Shown: positions 21,547 to 32,040, counted from the first letter of the stretch. The stretch: DNA of 64,000 nt from an uncultured Spirochaetota bacterium (GCA_963734545.1 CAVTHO010000004.1:160001-224000); one strand, 5' to 3'. Translations and numbers: made by a program. Notes: generated by a model from the sequence alone, not told the origin.

Positions 21547-23079
21547 CTACTTCAACAGGGGCAGGCTGAATGCTGCCGCTGCTTTGTTGCCGGCAGTGTC
21601 GGTGAGACTGTCCGACACGGCGATGGTGACAATACCGGAGTTGGTGGTGTTGGTGATGTTGACCGAGACCCTGACCGGGGTGAGTCCCGCGATGGCCACC
21701 GGCTGAGGATCAGCAAAAGAGGTCGTGGCCACTGCCACGGGTGTGATAAGCGCCGCGCCATTGGTCGCCGTCACGCTGAAGGAATGCATGATGGAAAAAG
21801 GATCAATGGCTGCCCCATTTGCCAGGCTCAGGTAGACGTCCAAGTAGGACATGTCGTCCCCAGTCGGCCCGAAGGCGGAGAGATTCAGGTTTCCGAATGC
21901 GTCCACGGCAGTGTACTGGCTATAGTCGCCAGGCGCGGGGCGGTCGGTGCGGAACCGAACCACCTCCACGCGGGGAGGTTTCGTAGTCGGCCCATCAGTC
22001 TGGATATTGTAAACAACATCTGAGGCGCTCGCGTTCCCGCTCGTGTCGAGGACCCCGCGCTTGATTGTCAGATTGTACATCGTTCCCCAGACGAAGCGCT
22101 CTTCAGGCACAAGGAAGAAATGGTCGCGCGGCGTGCCATCCGGATCTACCTGGAAGCTCCAGGCGGGCTGGAGCGTGATGAATGACTCCATGTTCTCGCG
22201 AGAGACCGGCTCCGAAAACTGGAGCTCGATCCCCCACGTGGCCTCGAACCCTGTGTTCTCCTGCAGGCCCGCAACGCCGGGGTCGTCAAAGGTCAGCCCT
22301 GTCCCCTGGGGCACGCCGTCCACTGTTGGACGAACCGCCATTAGCGTGGGCCGTACGTCTTCAGCACCGGCGGTGAAACGCCATCGAACAGTTTCGGGAA
22401 GCCTGTTGCCCGAAAGGTCCTTCACCGTGTCCGTGAGGACAACGCTGTACTCAGCGCCGGGTGTCCACGGGGAAAGCGGCGTGAAGCTGGCCGTGGCCCC
22501 GGTCACGTCAAAGGTGACTGTTCCCCCCGGGTCAGGGGACACGGAAAAGGCCGCAATGAATGAAGTCCGGTCAACGGGCTCTGAGAAGCGCACCACGATC
22601 GGCAGCAGGGGATCCGCCACCCTGCTTCCGTCAGCGGGCTGAGTGGGTTGGAGAACCGTCGGCCTGCCCGCCTCGGTCTTTGTTGTGAACGCAAACCGGA
22701 AATCCTTGGCAAGAGAGTTGCCGTCTCTGGTCTCCACGGTGGAAACAACCGCAATCTCGTAGTCATTCCCAGGGGAAACGGGACGAACGGGCATGAAGAC
22801 GAGTCGGCTGCCTTGCCATGCATAGCTGCCGGTCATGGGTGCTCCGTTTTCCGAAAGTGAGAACGCCTGCTCGGCTTTCACAGGGTCGGCAGCGGAGGAA
22901 AACTCCACCCATACGCTGCTCACCGCTGAAGCGGCAATCCGTGCATCGTGGGGATGCCAGTCCGTGATCTCCAGCGGCTGCATGCCCAGGATCAGCGAAC
23001 AGGAGCAGACGCACAGAGCAGCGGCCAGCACAGCGGAAGTCAGCCGGCCGGTCATGGGCTTGCGTAGAAGTACAGCCAT
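21547..23079 (-). CDS. Lipoprotein with tandem bacterial Ig-like (Big_5/SbsA-type) domains
   Basis: Hydrophobic N-terminus ending CSC. Repeats of the type VxFSEPVD...FTP..PW..G.EY.V.L...VKDLSGN.L.....F. Confidence 0.8.
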   Translation of the reverse strand: MAVLLRKPMTGRLTSAVLAAALCVCSCSLILGMQPLEITDWHPHDARIAASAVSSVWVEFSSAADPVKAEQAFSLSENGAPMTGSYAWQGSRLVFMPVRPVSPGNDYEIAVVSTVETRDGNSLAKDFRFAFTTKTEAGRPTVLQPTQPADGSRVADPLLPIVVRFSEPVDRTSFIAAFSVSPDPGGTVTFDVTGATASFTPLSPWTPGAEYSVVLTDTVKDLSGNRLPETVRWRFTAGAEDVRPTLMAVRPTVDGVPQGTGLTFDDPGVAGLQENTGFEATWGIELQFSEPVSRENMESFITLQPAWSFQVDPDGTPRDHFFLVPEERFVWGTMYNLTIKRGVLDTSGNASASDVVYNIQTDGPTTKPPRVEVVRFRTDRPAPGDYSQYTAVDAFGNLNLSAFGPTGDDMSYLDVYLSLANGAAIDPFSIMHSFSVTATNGAALITPVAVATTSFADPQPVAIAGLTPVRVSVNITNTTNSGIVTIAVSDSLTDTAGNKAAAAFSLPLLK

Positions 23080-24477
23080 ACATCTTCCTTCAGGAACGAG
23101 CCTGATCCATTGTCCGAGGCGGCCGCGCCGCCCGGGAGTGTAAGCTTGTAGTACCTCCCGATGTCCGGTGTGCTCTTCGCGAGCCCACCGTAGATGAGGG
23201 ACACCATCTGCCCTTCAGGGGTCCACAGGACTGAAACCAGGGAAGGGTCGGACAATGATGAAGGAAAGAACCCGTCCAGCAGGATTGCCGCGACAAGGTT
23301 TGCGCGGCTCTCCGCGGGGAAGAGCTCGGCGAACTCGATCACGAGCTTCAGCGTTCCCGTCACGTCGATCGAAACAGGTTTTGCATCAGGCGTGTTGAAA
23401 ACAGTCCACGTATCTTCCGTTGCCGCATACACGGCCTTGATGGACTGGACCGTCTGCAGGGGGATGTCGGGCGTAAAGCTCCGCTCGTACGCAAGGCCCA
23501 TCTTGTTGCCGGATAGGTCCGCTGCCGTCTCCGCAATTCGAAGGGTGTAACGCTGATCCATAATGAAGCGCGCCTCGGGAATCAGTGCATAGACCCCTGG
23601 GCTGACCCGCAGCAGGGTACCCTTTATCGTGGGTGTCGATGTGAGCGCGGAAGACAGCGAATCCATTCGAATGTCCTCAGAGAAGGTGAAGAGAAGAAGG
23701 TCATCGGCGCCTGTATGATCAAGGTCGTTCCCCGTCGGGCCGAGAGTGGTGCGGATGCCGGGCGCAATCGAGATCATCGTCGGCGCGGTGGAGTCTTCCT
23801 GGACCCTGTACCTTCCTCCGTACTCGATCCCCATCGGAGTGCCATCCGGCGCGGCCATGTCCTTGCCGACTTTCCAGGTATACGCGGCAAGGTTTGTCCA
23901 CGCGTCGCTGGGCACAATCGTGACCACCCGGCCGGTGACGTCCCACGTGACGATGGTCTCCGTGGAGGGCTGAAGGTCGAACTCCCGGGCAAAGCTGTTC
24001 GCGTCAATAGGCGCTGAAAAGGTCAGGACCAGCGGCCGGTCGATGGCCGCGGTTCCGCCGTCTGATGGATCCGAAGAGAGCAGCGAAGGCCCCGGGCCTG
24101 GATGCCCCACGTAGAACGGGACCTCTTCGTCCGCGTCGAACGCCCTTCCGTTGGCAAGCGTGACCCGGCCGCGGTAGGCAAGCACGTAGCGCACGCCCGG
24201 CCGAAGGCCGGGAACCGGGCTCAAAGTACAGGCGGTTGCCGTCCCATCGGAAATCGCCTGAAACCTGCCCGTCCGGAGAGGACAGTGTGAGGAGGCGCTG
24301 GACGGACGGTCGGTCGGGTGAATCGGGAAACTCCACCCATGGCGACGCGGCAGCGGTGAGAATGGCATCCCGCTCGCTCGGCCAGACGGTCACGGCGAGC
24401 TTCTCAAAGGAGATGATTGCGCAGCCGCACAGCAGGAGCGCCAGGCCCGCCGCGATGCTAGTTCGATATCTCCACAT
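23052..24477 (-). CDS. Second Ig-like (Big_5-type) repeat lipoprotein (frameshift ~24230)
   Basis: Lipobox-like LLLCGC in ORF 24004-24477 continues into ORF 23052-24368 (SSDPSDG...LTFSAPID; FTFSEDI...ADLSGN). Confidence 0.75.
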
Positions 24478-25805
24478 TCATTCCCTCCCGAAGGGTTGGA
24501 GGAGGCGATTCGATGAGGAGGTCCCCCTTTGCGAGCCCCTTCTCAACGGAGAACGATCCGCCCACGTCCCTTCCGAGCGTCACCTGCTTGATAAATGCCT
24601 TGCCATTGACCACGCTGAAGACCTGGGCCGTGGCGCCCTTTTTCTGGAAGATGCACTTCTCAGGAACCACGAGCGACAATTTCGGCTTCTCATAGGCGAT
24701 CGTGGCCCGGACAAACATGCCGGGACGCAGCTTCCCTGCAGGGTTGGAGAGGGATGCCTTGACCAGGAATGCCCCGGTCTGAGGGTCCGCGGTCGGTGAG
24801 ATGGAGTCCACCCTGCCCGCGAGCGGTTGAGAGGAAAGGGACTCCACGGACAGGGCGGCCGGCATTCCCTCCCTCAGCAGAGGCATCTCCGACTCCTGGA
24901 TAGAGAGCGCGGCATAGACATTCTTGGTGTCCATGAGCGTGAGCAGCTTGCCGTTCTGCGCAACGTACTCGCCCTGCTCCACGTACTTGGCCCCGACAAT
25001 CCCCGGCGCCGGTGCGTCGATTGCAAGCGCCTTGAGAAGCTCCTCCGAGGCCTCCAGCTCGCGGCGCGCGGACTCGTAGCGTGCCCGGGCCGCCTCCACC
25101 TCGGCATGAAGGGTCTTTGTATTGAGCCGCACGAGCTGACGGGTCCGGGCCGCGGCATCCGCGGCAGGAACAAGTCCGTCCCGCTGGAGATCCTCATCCC
25201 GCAATCCTATGCGGCGCGAGATCAGGTCTTTCTCTATCATCGCGTATTCATTTCGGGCCGCCAGGAGCCTCAGGCGGACGGCCGCCAGCGCCTCTGCCGT
25301 GACGCCGCCGACCTTGGAGAGCTCCTCCTTGTTGGCAACGGTCTGGGCCGCGTCCTCGACCTCAAGGCGCTTCTGCTCCCGCTCGAGCTCCGTCCTCTGC
25401 ACCGCCACCAGGCGCGCCTCCACGGCGAGCTCGCCTTCCCATAGCTTGGCCTGCGCCAGATCAAGGGAGGAGCGCGCCGAATCGATGCCGCTCAGCGCCT
25501 GCTGGCGGCGGAGCTCGAGCTGGACGTTTTTCAGGGTCAGGAGATTCTGACCCTCCCGTACGGACTGGCCTTCCTTGACGAAAAGCCGCGCAACCGTGCC
25601 GTCCACCGTGGCGGAGAGATCGATCTTCCTCAGGAAGGTGATGGTCCCGAAGCAGGAGATCTCCCGGGGAACGGACTCCTCTTTGACGACCACGGTAGTA
25701 ACTGGCACACGCTCTTCCAGCGGCTCCGCAGGTTTCTGTCTGGCGCAGGAGGCCAGCTCCCACACCACGACCAGCACGAGGGCTGCCCGGGCAACACTGC
25801 TTCAT
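24458..25805 (-). CDS. RND periplasmic adaptor / membrane fusion protein with a long coiled coil
   Basis: GTVARLFVKEGQSVREGQ.L, IDAPAPGIV....VEQGEYV, LRPGMFVRA, LVVP. LASC lipobox. Start codon disrupted near 25800. Confidence 0.9.
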
Positions 25806-25826
25806 TTCAAGGCGCCCCTTTCTTGT

Positions 25827-27206
25827 TCAATAATCAGACGCAGGCCTCCCGGACGGCACGCCGAGGAGCGTCTCCCAGTCCCGCTCGTTGTCCCGCAGGC
25901 GCAGGAGGGACTCGTTCAGCGCGATCTCGGCATTCGCCGTCTCGATGGCGCCCTGGAGATAGTCGATCCGCTTGACCTCGCCGAGATCCATCTGCCTCTG
26001 GAGAATGGTCTCCTTGCGGCGCTGCACGTCCAGTTTCCTGCGCGCAAGCTCTATTGCCCGTCCGGCCTGAGAGTAGGCTGCCATCATACGCTTGACCTGG
26101 AACCGCAGGTCCTGGACGATCTGCTCTTTCTTCCGGGCCTCCGCGTCCAGGGCAAGGCCGGCCGTCTTTCTGTCCACCCACGCGGTGATGCTCTCCAGGG
26201 GAGACGTCTTCACGGACATGCTGCCGCCCCTGTCTTTGCCGGGAGTGGTCGAAGCCCCTGCCGAATAAGTGGTGGGTGACTCAGGCACTGGAAAGGAGAA
26301 TGTAAGCTTCCCTGAGTACTGGGGATTGCTGAGGGGAAAGGCCTCACCGGTGAACGCGGCGGTCAACTCAAGGTCCACGTCCGGAATGAATGGGAACGAG
26401 GCAATACGCACTTGCAGGGAAGCTTTCTGCACGGCCACGTTCTGACGCTTGAGGTCGGGGCTGTAGCTTGCCGCCATCGAATACAGGAGCCCTTCCAGAC
26501 CGGAGAGATCGGCCGCCGTGTATTCCTGATCCACGCCTCCCGACAGCTCGAGGCCATCGCCAGGATCGAGGGAGAGGAGCTTCTTCATCTGGTAGCGGGA
26601 ATCCTCCAGGGACGTTTCTGTCTCCGAAAGCGTGATCTCCAGGGAGAGCAGCTCGAGCTCCGCCTGGGCATGGTCCAGCTCGAGAGCGCCGCCCAGCCGG
26701 ACCTGGGTCTGGAGAATCTCGATGTTCTGGTGGGCAAGGGCGATGGTCCGACGGAGTATCTCTCTCTTCTGTTCCGCCACGAGTATCCCGGCAAACAGCC
26801 GCCTGAGGTCGTATTCCAGGGCGCGGTACTTCTGCTCCAGGTCCTCCCTGTCCATGTTAAGATTCAAGCGGGCAACGCTCCGCTCGAATGGCTTGGTGCC
26901 CCCGCGGAGCAGCGGTTGCGTGGCGCTCACTGAAATGGTCTTGCCGCGCGTATCCGGCGCTCCCGTGGTGATTGTCGTGTTCTCGTCATAGCCGATCGAA
27001 AGACGGGGGAAGTACTCGCGGATTCCCAGGGTGAAGGTGAGCTCCTGGGCGGAAAGCAGCGCGCTCTGGTACGCCAGATCCCGCGACGACGCGATTGCCC
27101 TTTCCACCGCCTGGTCCTCCGTGTAGGGCTCTGCGCAGAGAGGTTGACCGAGGGTCGTCAAAATCCAGGCGGCGGTGATAAGCGCGAGCGAGGGGCGGGA
27201 GCCCAC
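25827..27206 (-). CDS. TolC-family outer membrane channel
   Basis: Signal peptide, AVERAIASS, YFPRLSIGY, ATQPLLRGG, two helical repeats ending QVRLG...LD and QMDLGEVKRIDYLQ. GTG start at 27206 is inferred. Confidence 0.82.
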   Translation of the reverse strand: MGSRPSLALITAAWILTTLGQPLCAEPYTEDQAVERAIASSRDLAYQSALLSAQELTFTLGIREYFPRLSIGYDENTTITTGAPDTRGKTISVSATQPLLRGGTKPFERSVARLNLNMDREDLEQKYRALEYDLRRLFAGILVAEQKREILRRTIALAHQNIEILQTQVRLGGALELDHAQAELELLSLEITLSETETSLEDSRYQMKKLLSLDPGDGLELSGGVDQEYTAADLSGLEGLLYSMAASYSPDLKRQNVAVQKASLQVRIASFPFIPDVDLELTAAFTGEAFPLSNPQYSGKLTFSFPVPESPTTYSAGASTTPGKDRGGSMSVKTSPLESITAWVDRKTAGLALDAEARKKEQIVQDLRFQVKRMMAAYSQAGRAIELARRKLDVQRRKETILQRQMDLGEVKRIDYLQGAIETANAEIALNESLLRLRDNERDWETLLGVPSGRPASDY

Positions 27207-27216
27207 TGAGGTGCGG

Positions 27217-27721
27217 TTATTTGCCGCGCCCGGCGGCGAAGGCCTTGGCTGCCTCTTTGAGACAGTCACCGAGTATCCGCTTGAGGATCCATGGCGATGA
27301 GATGCTGTCCGAGGACTCGCTTGTGTGGACAACGGTCAGGGCCGGCTGCGCCGCGTCCAGCGAAGGGTACATTTCTATGGAAACCATGATCGCGTATTGA
27401 GGCGTGAAGTCCCGGATTGTCTCCCGCTCCACTATATGGACACGCAGCGGCCAGCCATCTCCGGCGGCAGCCGTGGTGACCGCGAACCCGCTCCCGGGAG
27501 CGAGCACGGGAAGAAGGGCCTCAACGTCTCGGGCCACTTCATGTGAAAGGACTCTCCGGTCCACGTCCACCTTGTCCACGAACACGCCGGCGGGCGCAGG
27601 GCCCGGGTCCGCCCTTGGCCGGGTACGCCACCGTGTCCCTTCGGGGGAACAGTGCGCATGAGGCAATCAGGGTGGTTGCGCACACCACGCACAATGCCGC
27701 GAAGAAAAGCCTGCACTTCAT
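27217..27721 (-). CDS. Hypothetical lipoprotein (frameshift ~27605)
   Basis: MKCRLFFAALCVVCATTLIASC (lipobox) joins ORF 27217-27666. ATGA overlap with the upstream TPR gene. Confidence 0.6.
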
Positions 27722-28404
27722 TTCTCAGCCTCCCGAACACGCTGCTCGAGATCCGCAACCGGTTTGCGCATGCCGCTGTCCGGCGGCAGGAGCGCTTTTG
27801 CGGTGGCGAGGTCCGCGAGCGCCGTATCCGTCATTCCGAATCGGTAAAGGATTCTCGCGGATTCGATGTATGACTGGGAGAACTCGACCGCGAACTCCTG
27901 GGACCGGCGGAAAAACGCCAGGGCTCCGCGGATGTCGTCTCCCGCGAGCTTGAGCATGCCCGCCTGGTGGAGAAACCTGGGATCTCCGGGGTTCAGCTCC
28001 AGGACTGCATTGAGGAGACTCTCCGCCTCCTTTGTCTTGCCCTGTGCCTGCAGTGCGCGGATGAGCCAAAGCTGCGCTTCCGTGTATCCGGGCAGGCGTT
28101 TGGCAAGCTCGCGAAACACGTGCTCCGACTCTTTCATGTCTCCCTTGAAGAAAAGGATCTTCCCTTCCAGAAGCCGCGCCTGATGGAACCCGCGCGTGCG
28201 GCTGTCTATGTGGGAGACCAGCGACGCTGCCTGGTCCACGGAACCACGCAGATACAGGTCGCGCGCCTTTACATAGGCGTCCAGGTCGGCGCTGCTGGGC
28301 TTTGCAGGGACGCAGCTGGCCAGCGCTATGGATGAGAGTGCTGCGGCCACGAGCACATGGTGACGAAATGCATGCATCGACGGTTTACTCCTCCCGCGCC
28401 TCAA
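27718..28404 (-). CDS. Tetratricopeptide-repeat lipoprotein
   Basis: IALASC lipobox; TPR patterns such as EAESLLNAVLELNPGD. Confidence 0.82.
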   Translation of the reverse strand: MRRGRSKPSMHAFRHHVLVAAALSSIALASCVPAKPSSADLDAYVKARDLYLRGSVDQAASLVSHIDSRTRGFHQARLLEGKILFFKGDMKESEHVFRELAKRLPGYTEAQLWLIRALQAQGKTKEAESLLNAVLELNPGDPRFLHQAGMLKLAGDDIRGALAFFRRSQEFAVEFSQSYIESARILYRFGMTDTALADLATAKALLPPDSGMRKPVADLEQRVREAEK

Positions 28405-29825
28405 TTCGACAGGATGTATTCCAGCCTTTCCCTGGTCCGGCCCGCGGAGGTATTTTTCTTGTCAATGAAGTAAGGCCGATGTCTTGCGTCCTTTGCAAAT
28501 GCACGGAGAATTCCAACGGCAATCAGGGTGGTCCTGTTGTCCTTGAGCTCCAGGGTGGCAAGAAGCGGATCCAGGAGGGTCGACTCGCCTGTCGCCGCGG
28601 CTTTCTCCGCTGCAGCGGAGAGCTCAGCCCGGGTCATGAGTCGTGCGCCGTCGGCTGGAGACAAGCCCAGGACCCCAGCAAGCTCCTTCCGGTAAGTCCC
28701 TGCCGCCTCGACATGCGGGGCAAGGTTGATTGCCGTTTCCAGGACATCCGCCAGCTTGTCTGAGCTCTGGTTGGGGAGGCCGCTGAGCCCAAGGTAAAGG
28801 CGATGGAAGTACGGCGGCAGGCTGCGCAGGTGGGGCAGCAGGGCGGCGTAGGCATCAATGTCCGCGGGGGCAGCGCGTTTCGATTCGATGCGCGCCGAGA
28901 GCAGCAGATACTTCTCGAAAGTCCCCGTGCCGTTGCGTTGTTCCAGGAGCCGGGCTGCGGTGCTCCAGTCCTGCCGCGCGAAAGCGGTGACGGCCTCCAG
29001 CGCAGACTTGCCTTTGCCCGCGGGGTTGAACGCCTTGTCATCCAGCTTTCGACCAAGAGCAAGAAGGTTGTTCTGTATGTCTTTTACCTTTGCGGCCCCG
29101 TACGCGCCGCCGTATTCAGCTTCCTTATAGGCGGTGAGCACGGCGGAATCGAAATCCCCCAGGCGCTCGTATGCCGCTGACTGCATGAGCCCGAGCCCCG
29201 GCTCGTAGGGGTACGCTGACTCGTATGAGTCGAGCACGGCGACCAGGTCGGAGTATCTGCCTGCCGACTCCAGCACCCTCGCGTAGGCGCGGTAATCTTC
29301 CATTGACATGGACGCCTTTGCCTTGCCCCATGCCGCATCCAAATACTCAAGCGCCTCCTTCTGCTTGTCTTCCGCAAGTAGAGCCCGGCCCGTAATGAAG
29401 CCGAATGGGGCAGCAGCATCGGTTTTCACGGACAGCGCCTTTCTCCCGTACTCCACTGCCTTCGGGTATTCCCCCCGGGAATAGGAAACGATAGCAAGGC
29501 CGCCGTACAGTGTTGCCCTGTCCGACGTTTTCATGCGGTTTCCTGCCAGGGCATATGCCCGCTGCAGATATGGCGCGGCAGAGCCCGGGTCTCCCTTCTG
29601 TAGACAGAGCATTCCGATCTCGTGCTTGAGCTGAAAGCGATCAGGGAACTCCTGATCGATTCGGACAAGGTCGGCGATGAGCTTGTCTATTCCGTTGGAG
29701 CGGTTGATTGCCGCATACGCTTTTTTGAATGCGGCATCGCCGGCGCAGGAGGACATCAAGGCAGCTATGGCGCAAACGAGGAAAAGGGTGATAGTTGGCC
29801 CTGCGGTATGCTTTAAGACCGACAT
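28401..29825 (-). CDS. Tetratricopeptide-repeat lipoprotein, first gene of the operon
   Basis: LMSSC lipobox; TPR patterns (LAIVSYSRGEYPKAVEYGRKAL; AAYERLGDFDSA). Confidence 0.8.
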   Translation of the reverse strand: MSVLKHTAGPTITLFLVCAIAALMSSCAGDAAFKKAYAAINRSNGIDKLIADLVRIDQEFPDRFQLKHEIGMLCLQKGDPGSAAPYLQRAYALAGNRMKTSDRATLYGGLAIVSYSRGEYPKAVEYGRKALSVKTDAAAPFGFITGRALLAEDKQKEALEYLDAAWGKAKASMSMEDYRAYARVLESAGRYSDLVAVLDSYESAYPYEPGLGLMQSAAYERLGDFDSAVLTAYKEAEYGGAYGAAKVKDIQNNLLALGRKLDDKAFNPAGKGKSALEAVTAFARQDWSTAARLLEQRNGTGTFEKYLLLSARIESKRAAPADIDAYAALLPHLRSLPPYFHRLYLGLSGLPNQSSDKLADVLETAINLAPHVEAAGTYRKELAGVLGLSPADGARLMTRAELSAAAEKAAATGESTLLDPLLATLELKDNRTTLIAVGILRAFAKDARHRPYFIDKKNTSAGRTRERLEYILSN

Positions 29826-29853
29826 ATTGACTCTCGCTTCTTGATTGCGCCCG

Positions 29854-29882
29854 ACTCTACATCAACCTGCACCTAAAGTCAA
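29854..29882 (-). promoter_or_regulatory. Sigma70-type promoter of the TPR-TolC-RND-giant protein operon
   Basis: Minus strand TTGACT-17 bp-TAGAGT, ending 28 bp before the ATG at 29825. Confidence 0.55.
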
Positions 29883-30028
29883 CCAAAAACTGTTAGAATC
29901 TCCAATCGAACGGCCTATAGACGTAGCGAACAGGAGAATCATGCAGTTCTGATCGCACAATGACAGACTTTTCTCTGGAGACGGCGGGATTGCCGGCACG
30001 TAGGGCAGGTTCCTGCAACGCCAGGCGG

Positions 30029-30973
30029 TTATTCCCTCAGCAGGCCAGCGGTCTCTACTGAGCCCTCTGCCTCCTCCGCACATTCGCGCTTCCCGGCATA
30101 GAGCCCGCTCTTTCTTATTTCAAGCAGGCAGGAATAGGGCAGCGATATGAGGGCTTCGCAGAATGCTTCTTTGCAGAGAGCGTGTCGGGCGGCAGTTGAA
30201 GAGAAGGAAAGAGGAAGAGCGGGAAGGATCCTGACTTTGAGAGATGTCGCAACATGTCCTTGTTCCCTGTCAACGCCCCTTCGGTCAATGAAGACCGCTG
30301 ATATGGTGTGGAGTGAGTTGCCTGCTTTTTCCTGCTCCTCGACAACCCGTTCCAGCTTCTCGATCGTGTCCGGTTCACCCTGCGTATTGGCTCTGCTGTA
30401 ATGATCAGCGCCCGCGATGTAGAAGGCTTCCATGCGCTGGCGTGAGTTGAGGCAGAGAAGCCGGCCGAAGTTGGTCTCTCCGTCATAGCCGGTGTGCAGC
30501 GCCAGGGAGGAATAGGCGAACACGGGATCGAAAGTCTCGATGACCGAACGTCCGAGCCGATGCCGTATCTCTGCCGGAAGCATCGATGGCTTGCGGCAGT
30601 CCGTGCCCGCGATGACAAAAACCACCTTGTCCAGCCGAAGGGAAGCCATGGTGGAAAGGCCAAGGAGAACATGCCCCCAATGGAGGGGATTTGCGGCAAG
30701 AGGATACACACCGATTCGCAGGGGCCGGTTCGAGACAGGAACCGGGCTGTCACCTTCTGACAGCATGATCCGGCTGAGCGGCCGTATCTGTCCGGACCCG
30801 GCCAGCTCCTCGATGGCCGCGAAATGCTCATTTGCGTTGGCCGCAATGGAATGAAGGCAGTCGTGACAAGAAGAATCGGTTGCCCATTGCGCCATGCCAA
30901 GAAGCTGCAAGCCTGCTGATCGGCGAACGTTGCGGATGGCCTTCACGGCCTCTTGATTGAGCTCAAGGTCCAC
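30029..30973 (-). CDS. Divergent NadD-like (HIGH-motif) nucleotidyltransferase
   Basis: IGVYPLAANPLHWGH, LDKVVFV, FYIAGADHY, SSTAAR. Extra N-terminal region; start uncertain. Confidence 0.72.
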   Translation of the reverse strand: MDLELNQEAVKAIRNVRRSAGLQLLGMAQWATDSSCHDCLHSIAANANEHFAAIEELAGSGQIRPLSRIMLSEGDSPVPVSNRPLRIGVYPLAANPLHWGHVLLGLSTMASLRLDKVVFVIAGTDCRKPSMLPAEIRHRLGRSVIETFDPVFAYSSLALHTGYDGETNFGRLLCLNSRQRMEAFYIAGADHYSRANTQGEPDTIEKLERVVEEQEKAGNSLHTISAVFIDRRGVDREQGHVATSLKVRILPALPLSFSSTAARHALCKEAFCEALISLPYSCLLEIRKSGLYAGKRECAEEAEGSVETAGLLRE

Positions 30974-31048
30974 TGAGGCAGCCTTCCGCGGCCGACGCCG
31001 CCGGTGCTCAGCTCATTGCTCGCGCGCCACTCCTCCACGACCGAAGGC

Positions 31049-31057
31049 ATTATATCA
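31049..31057 (-). promoter_or_regulatory. Extended -10 element upstream of the NadD-like gene
   Basis: Minus strand TGATATAAT (TGnTATAAT) followed by GGAGGAG. Confidence 0.5.
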
Positions 31058-31165
31058 TAGGCGGTCAAGTATATAGGCGAGCTCTAATAGAGCCGGACGG
31101 TTCCAATGACCCTCTTGCCAACTACTTAACTTTTGTATAGTATATCGGGTCAGGAGAGGGCAATC

Positions 31166-31393
31166 GTGATAACCGTGTTTGTGAAGAACAGGCCCTGGAG
31201 CGGCGAGCCTCACTGTGACTTTGTTCGGGTGGTCTCCCAATCACCCCAGGTCATCAAGGGCTACGTGAATGACGGGCTCAGGCTCAAGCAGGTGCCGATC
31301 CCGGAGGACTACCTGAAGATCTATTCCGGCTGGTTCCACCCTGCCACCGCATGGGAGCTCACTGAGTTCAAGCGGATGGCGAGCGGTAGATGA
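31166..31393 (+). CDS. Small hypothetical protein (75 aa)
   Basis: AGGAGAGG RBS before GTG; protein-like composition (MITVFVKNRPWSGEPHCDFVRV...). Confidence 0.5.
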   Translation: MITVFVKNRPWSGEPHCDFVRVVSQSPQVIKGYVNDGLRLKQVPIPEDYLKIYSGWFHPATAWELTEFKRMASGR

Positions 31394-31462
31394 GGCAGAC
31401 GCGTGTGATTCCAGTGGATTTCGCTACGCCGCTCAGTTATCATCGTGCTGAGAGCACACGCC

Positions 31463-31934
31463 ATGCGGAAAGCTTCACACGGGCCTGCGCAAAGCACCCA
31501 CCAGGAATGGAACGGAGACACCCTCAGCCACTGGGTGAAGCAGGCCTTCATGACCATGCGGCGGGAAATGGAAGCCTCCCTCCGCAGATCAGGCATGACC
31601 ATAACCCAGTGGCGCGCACTGGGTGTGCTTCTCCACACGCCGGGGGCCACGCACTCGGACCTTGTCCAGCGCCTGGAAATAGAGGCGCCGAGCGTCACCA
31701 GCCTCGTGAACGGGATGGAGCGCCGGGGCTGGGTGAAAAGGACGCGCTCCACCGCGGACGCCCGGGTGAAACGGCTCGCCCTGACAGCGCTCGGCCGTCG
31801 TCTCATCGGAGAAGCGGCCGAGGCCATGGGGCCCATCGAGACAGCGCATGGCAGCGTCTCTCAGCGCGGGAGAGCGGGCAACGCTGAAGAGACTCCTCCG
31901 CACCATGGTGGAGGGGATGCAGAAGTCCTCCTGA
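31463..31934 (+). CDS. MarR-family transcriptional regulator (frameshift ~31841)
   Basis: GMTITQWRAL, SDLVQRLEIEAPSVTSLVNGMERRGWVKR...DARVKRLALTALG. Shifted frame gives LSAGERATLKRLLRTM. Confidence 0.88.
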
Positions 31935-31986
31935 ACCAGGCCCGTTCATCCACTGGACCGCACCGCAAAACTTCTAAAATTTCCTG

Positions 31987-32016
31987 TTGACGATTACTTC
32001 GAAGTCTAAGTAAATT
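31987..32016 (+). promoter_or_regulatory. MFS gene promoter with an overlapping palindromic (probable MarR) operator
   Basis: TTGACG-18-TAAATT; inverted repeat TTACTT-CGAAGTCT-AAGTAA at 31994-32013. Confidence 0.55.
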
Positions 32017-32040
32017 GCTCACCACAGAGAAGGAGATCGT

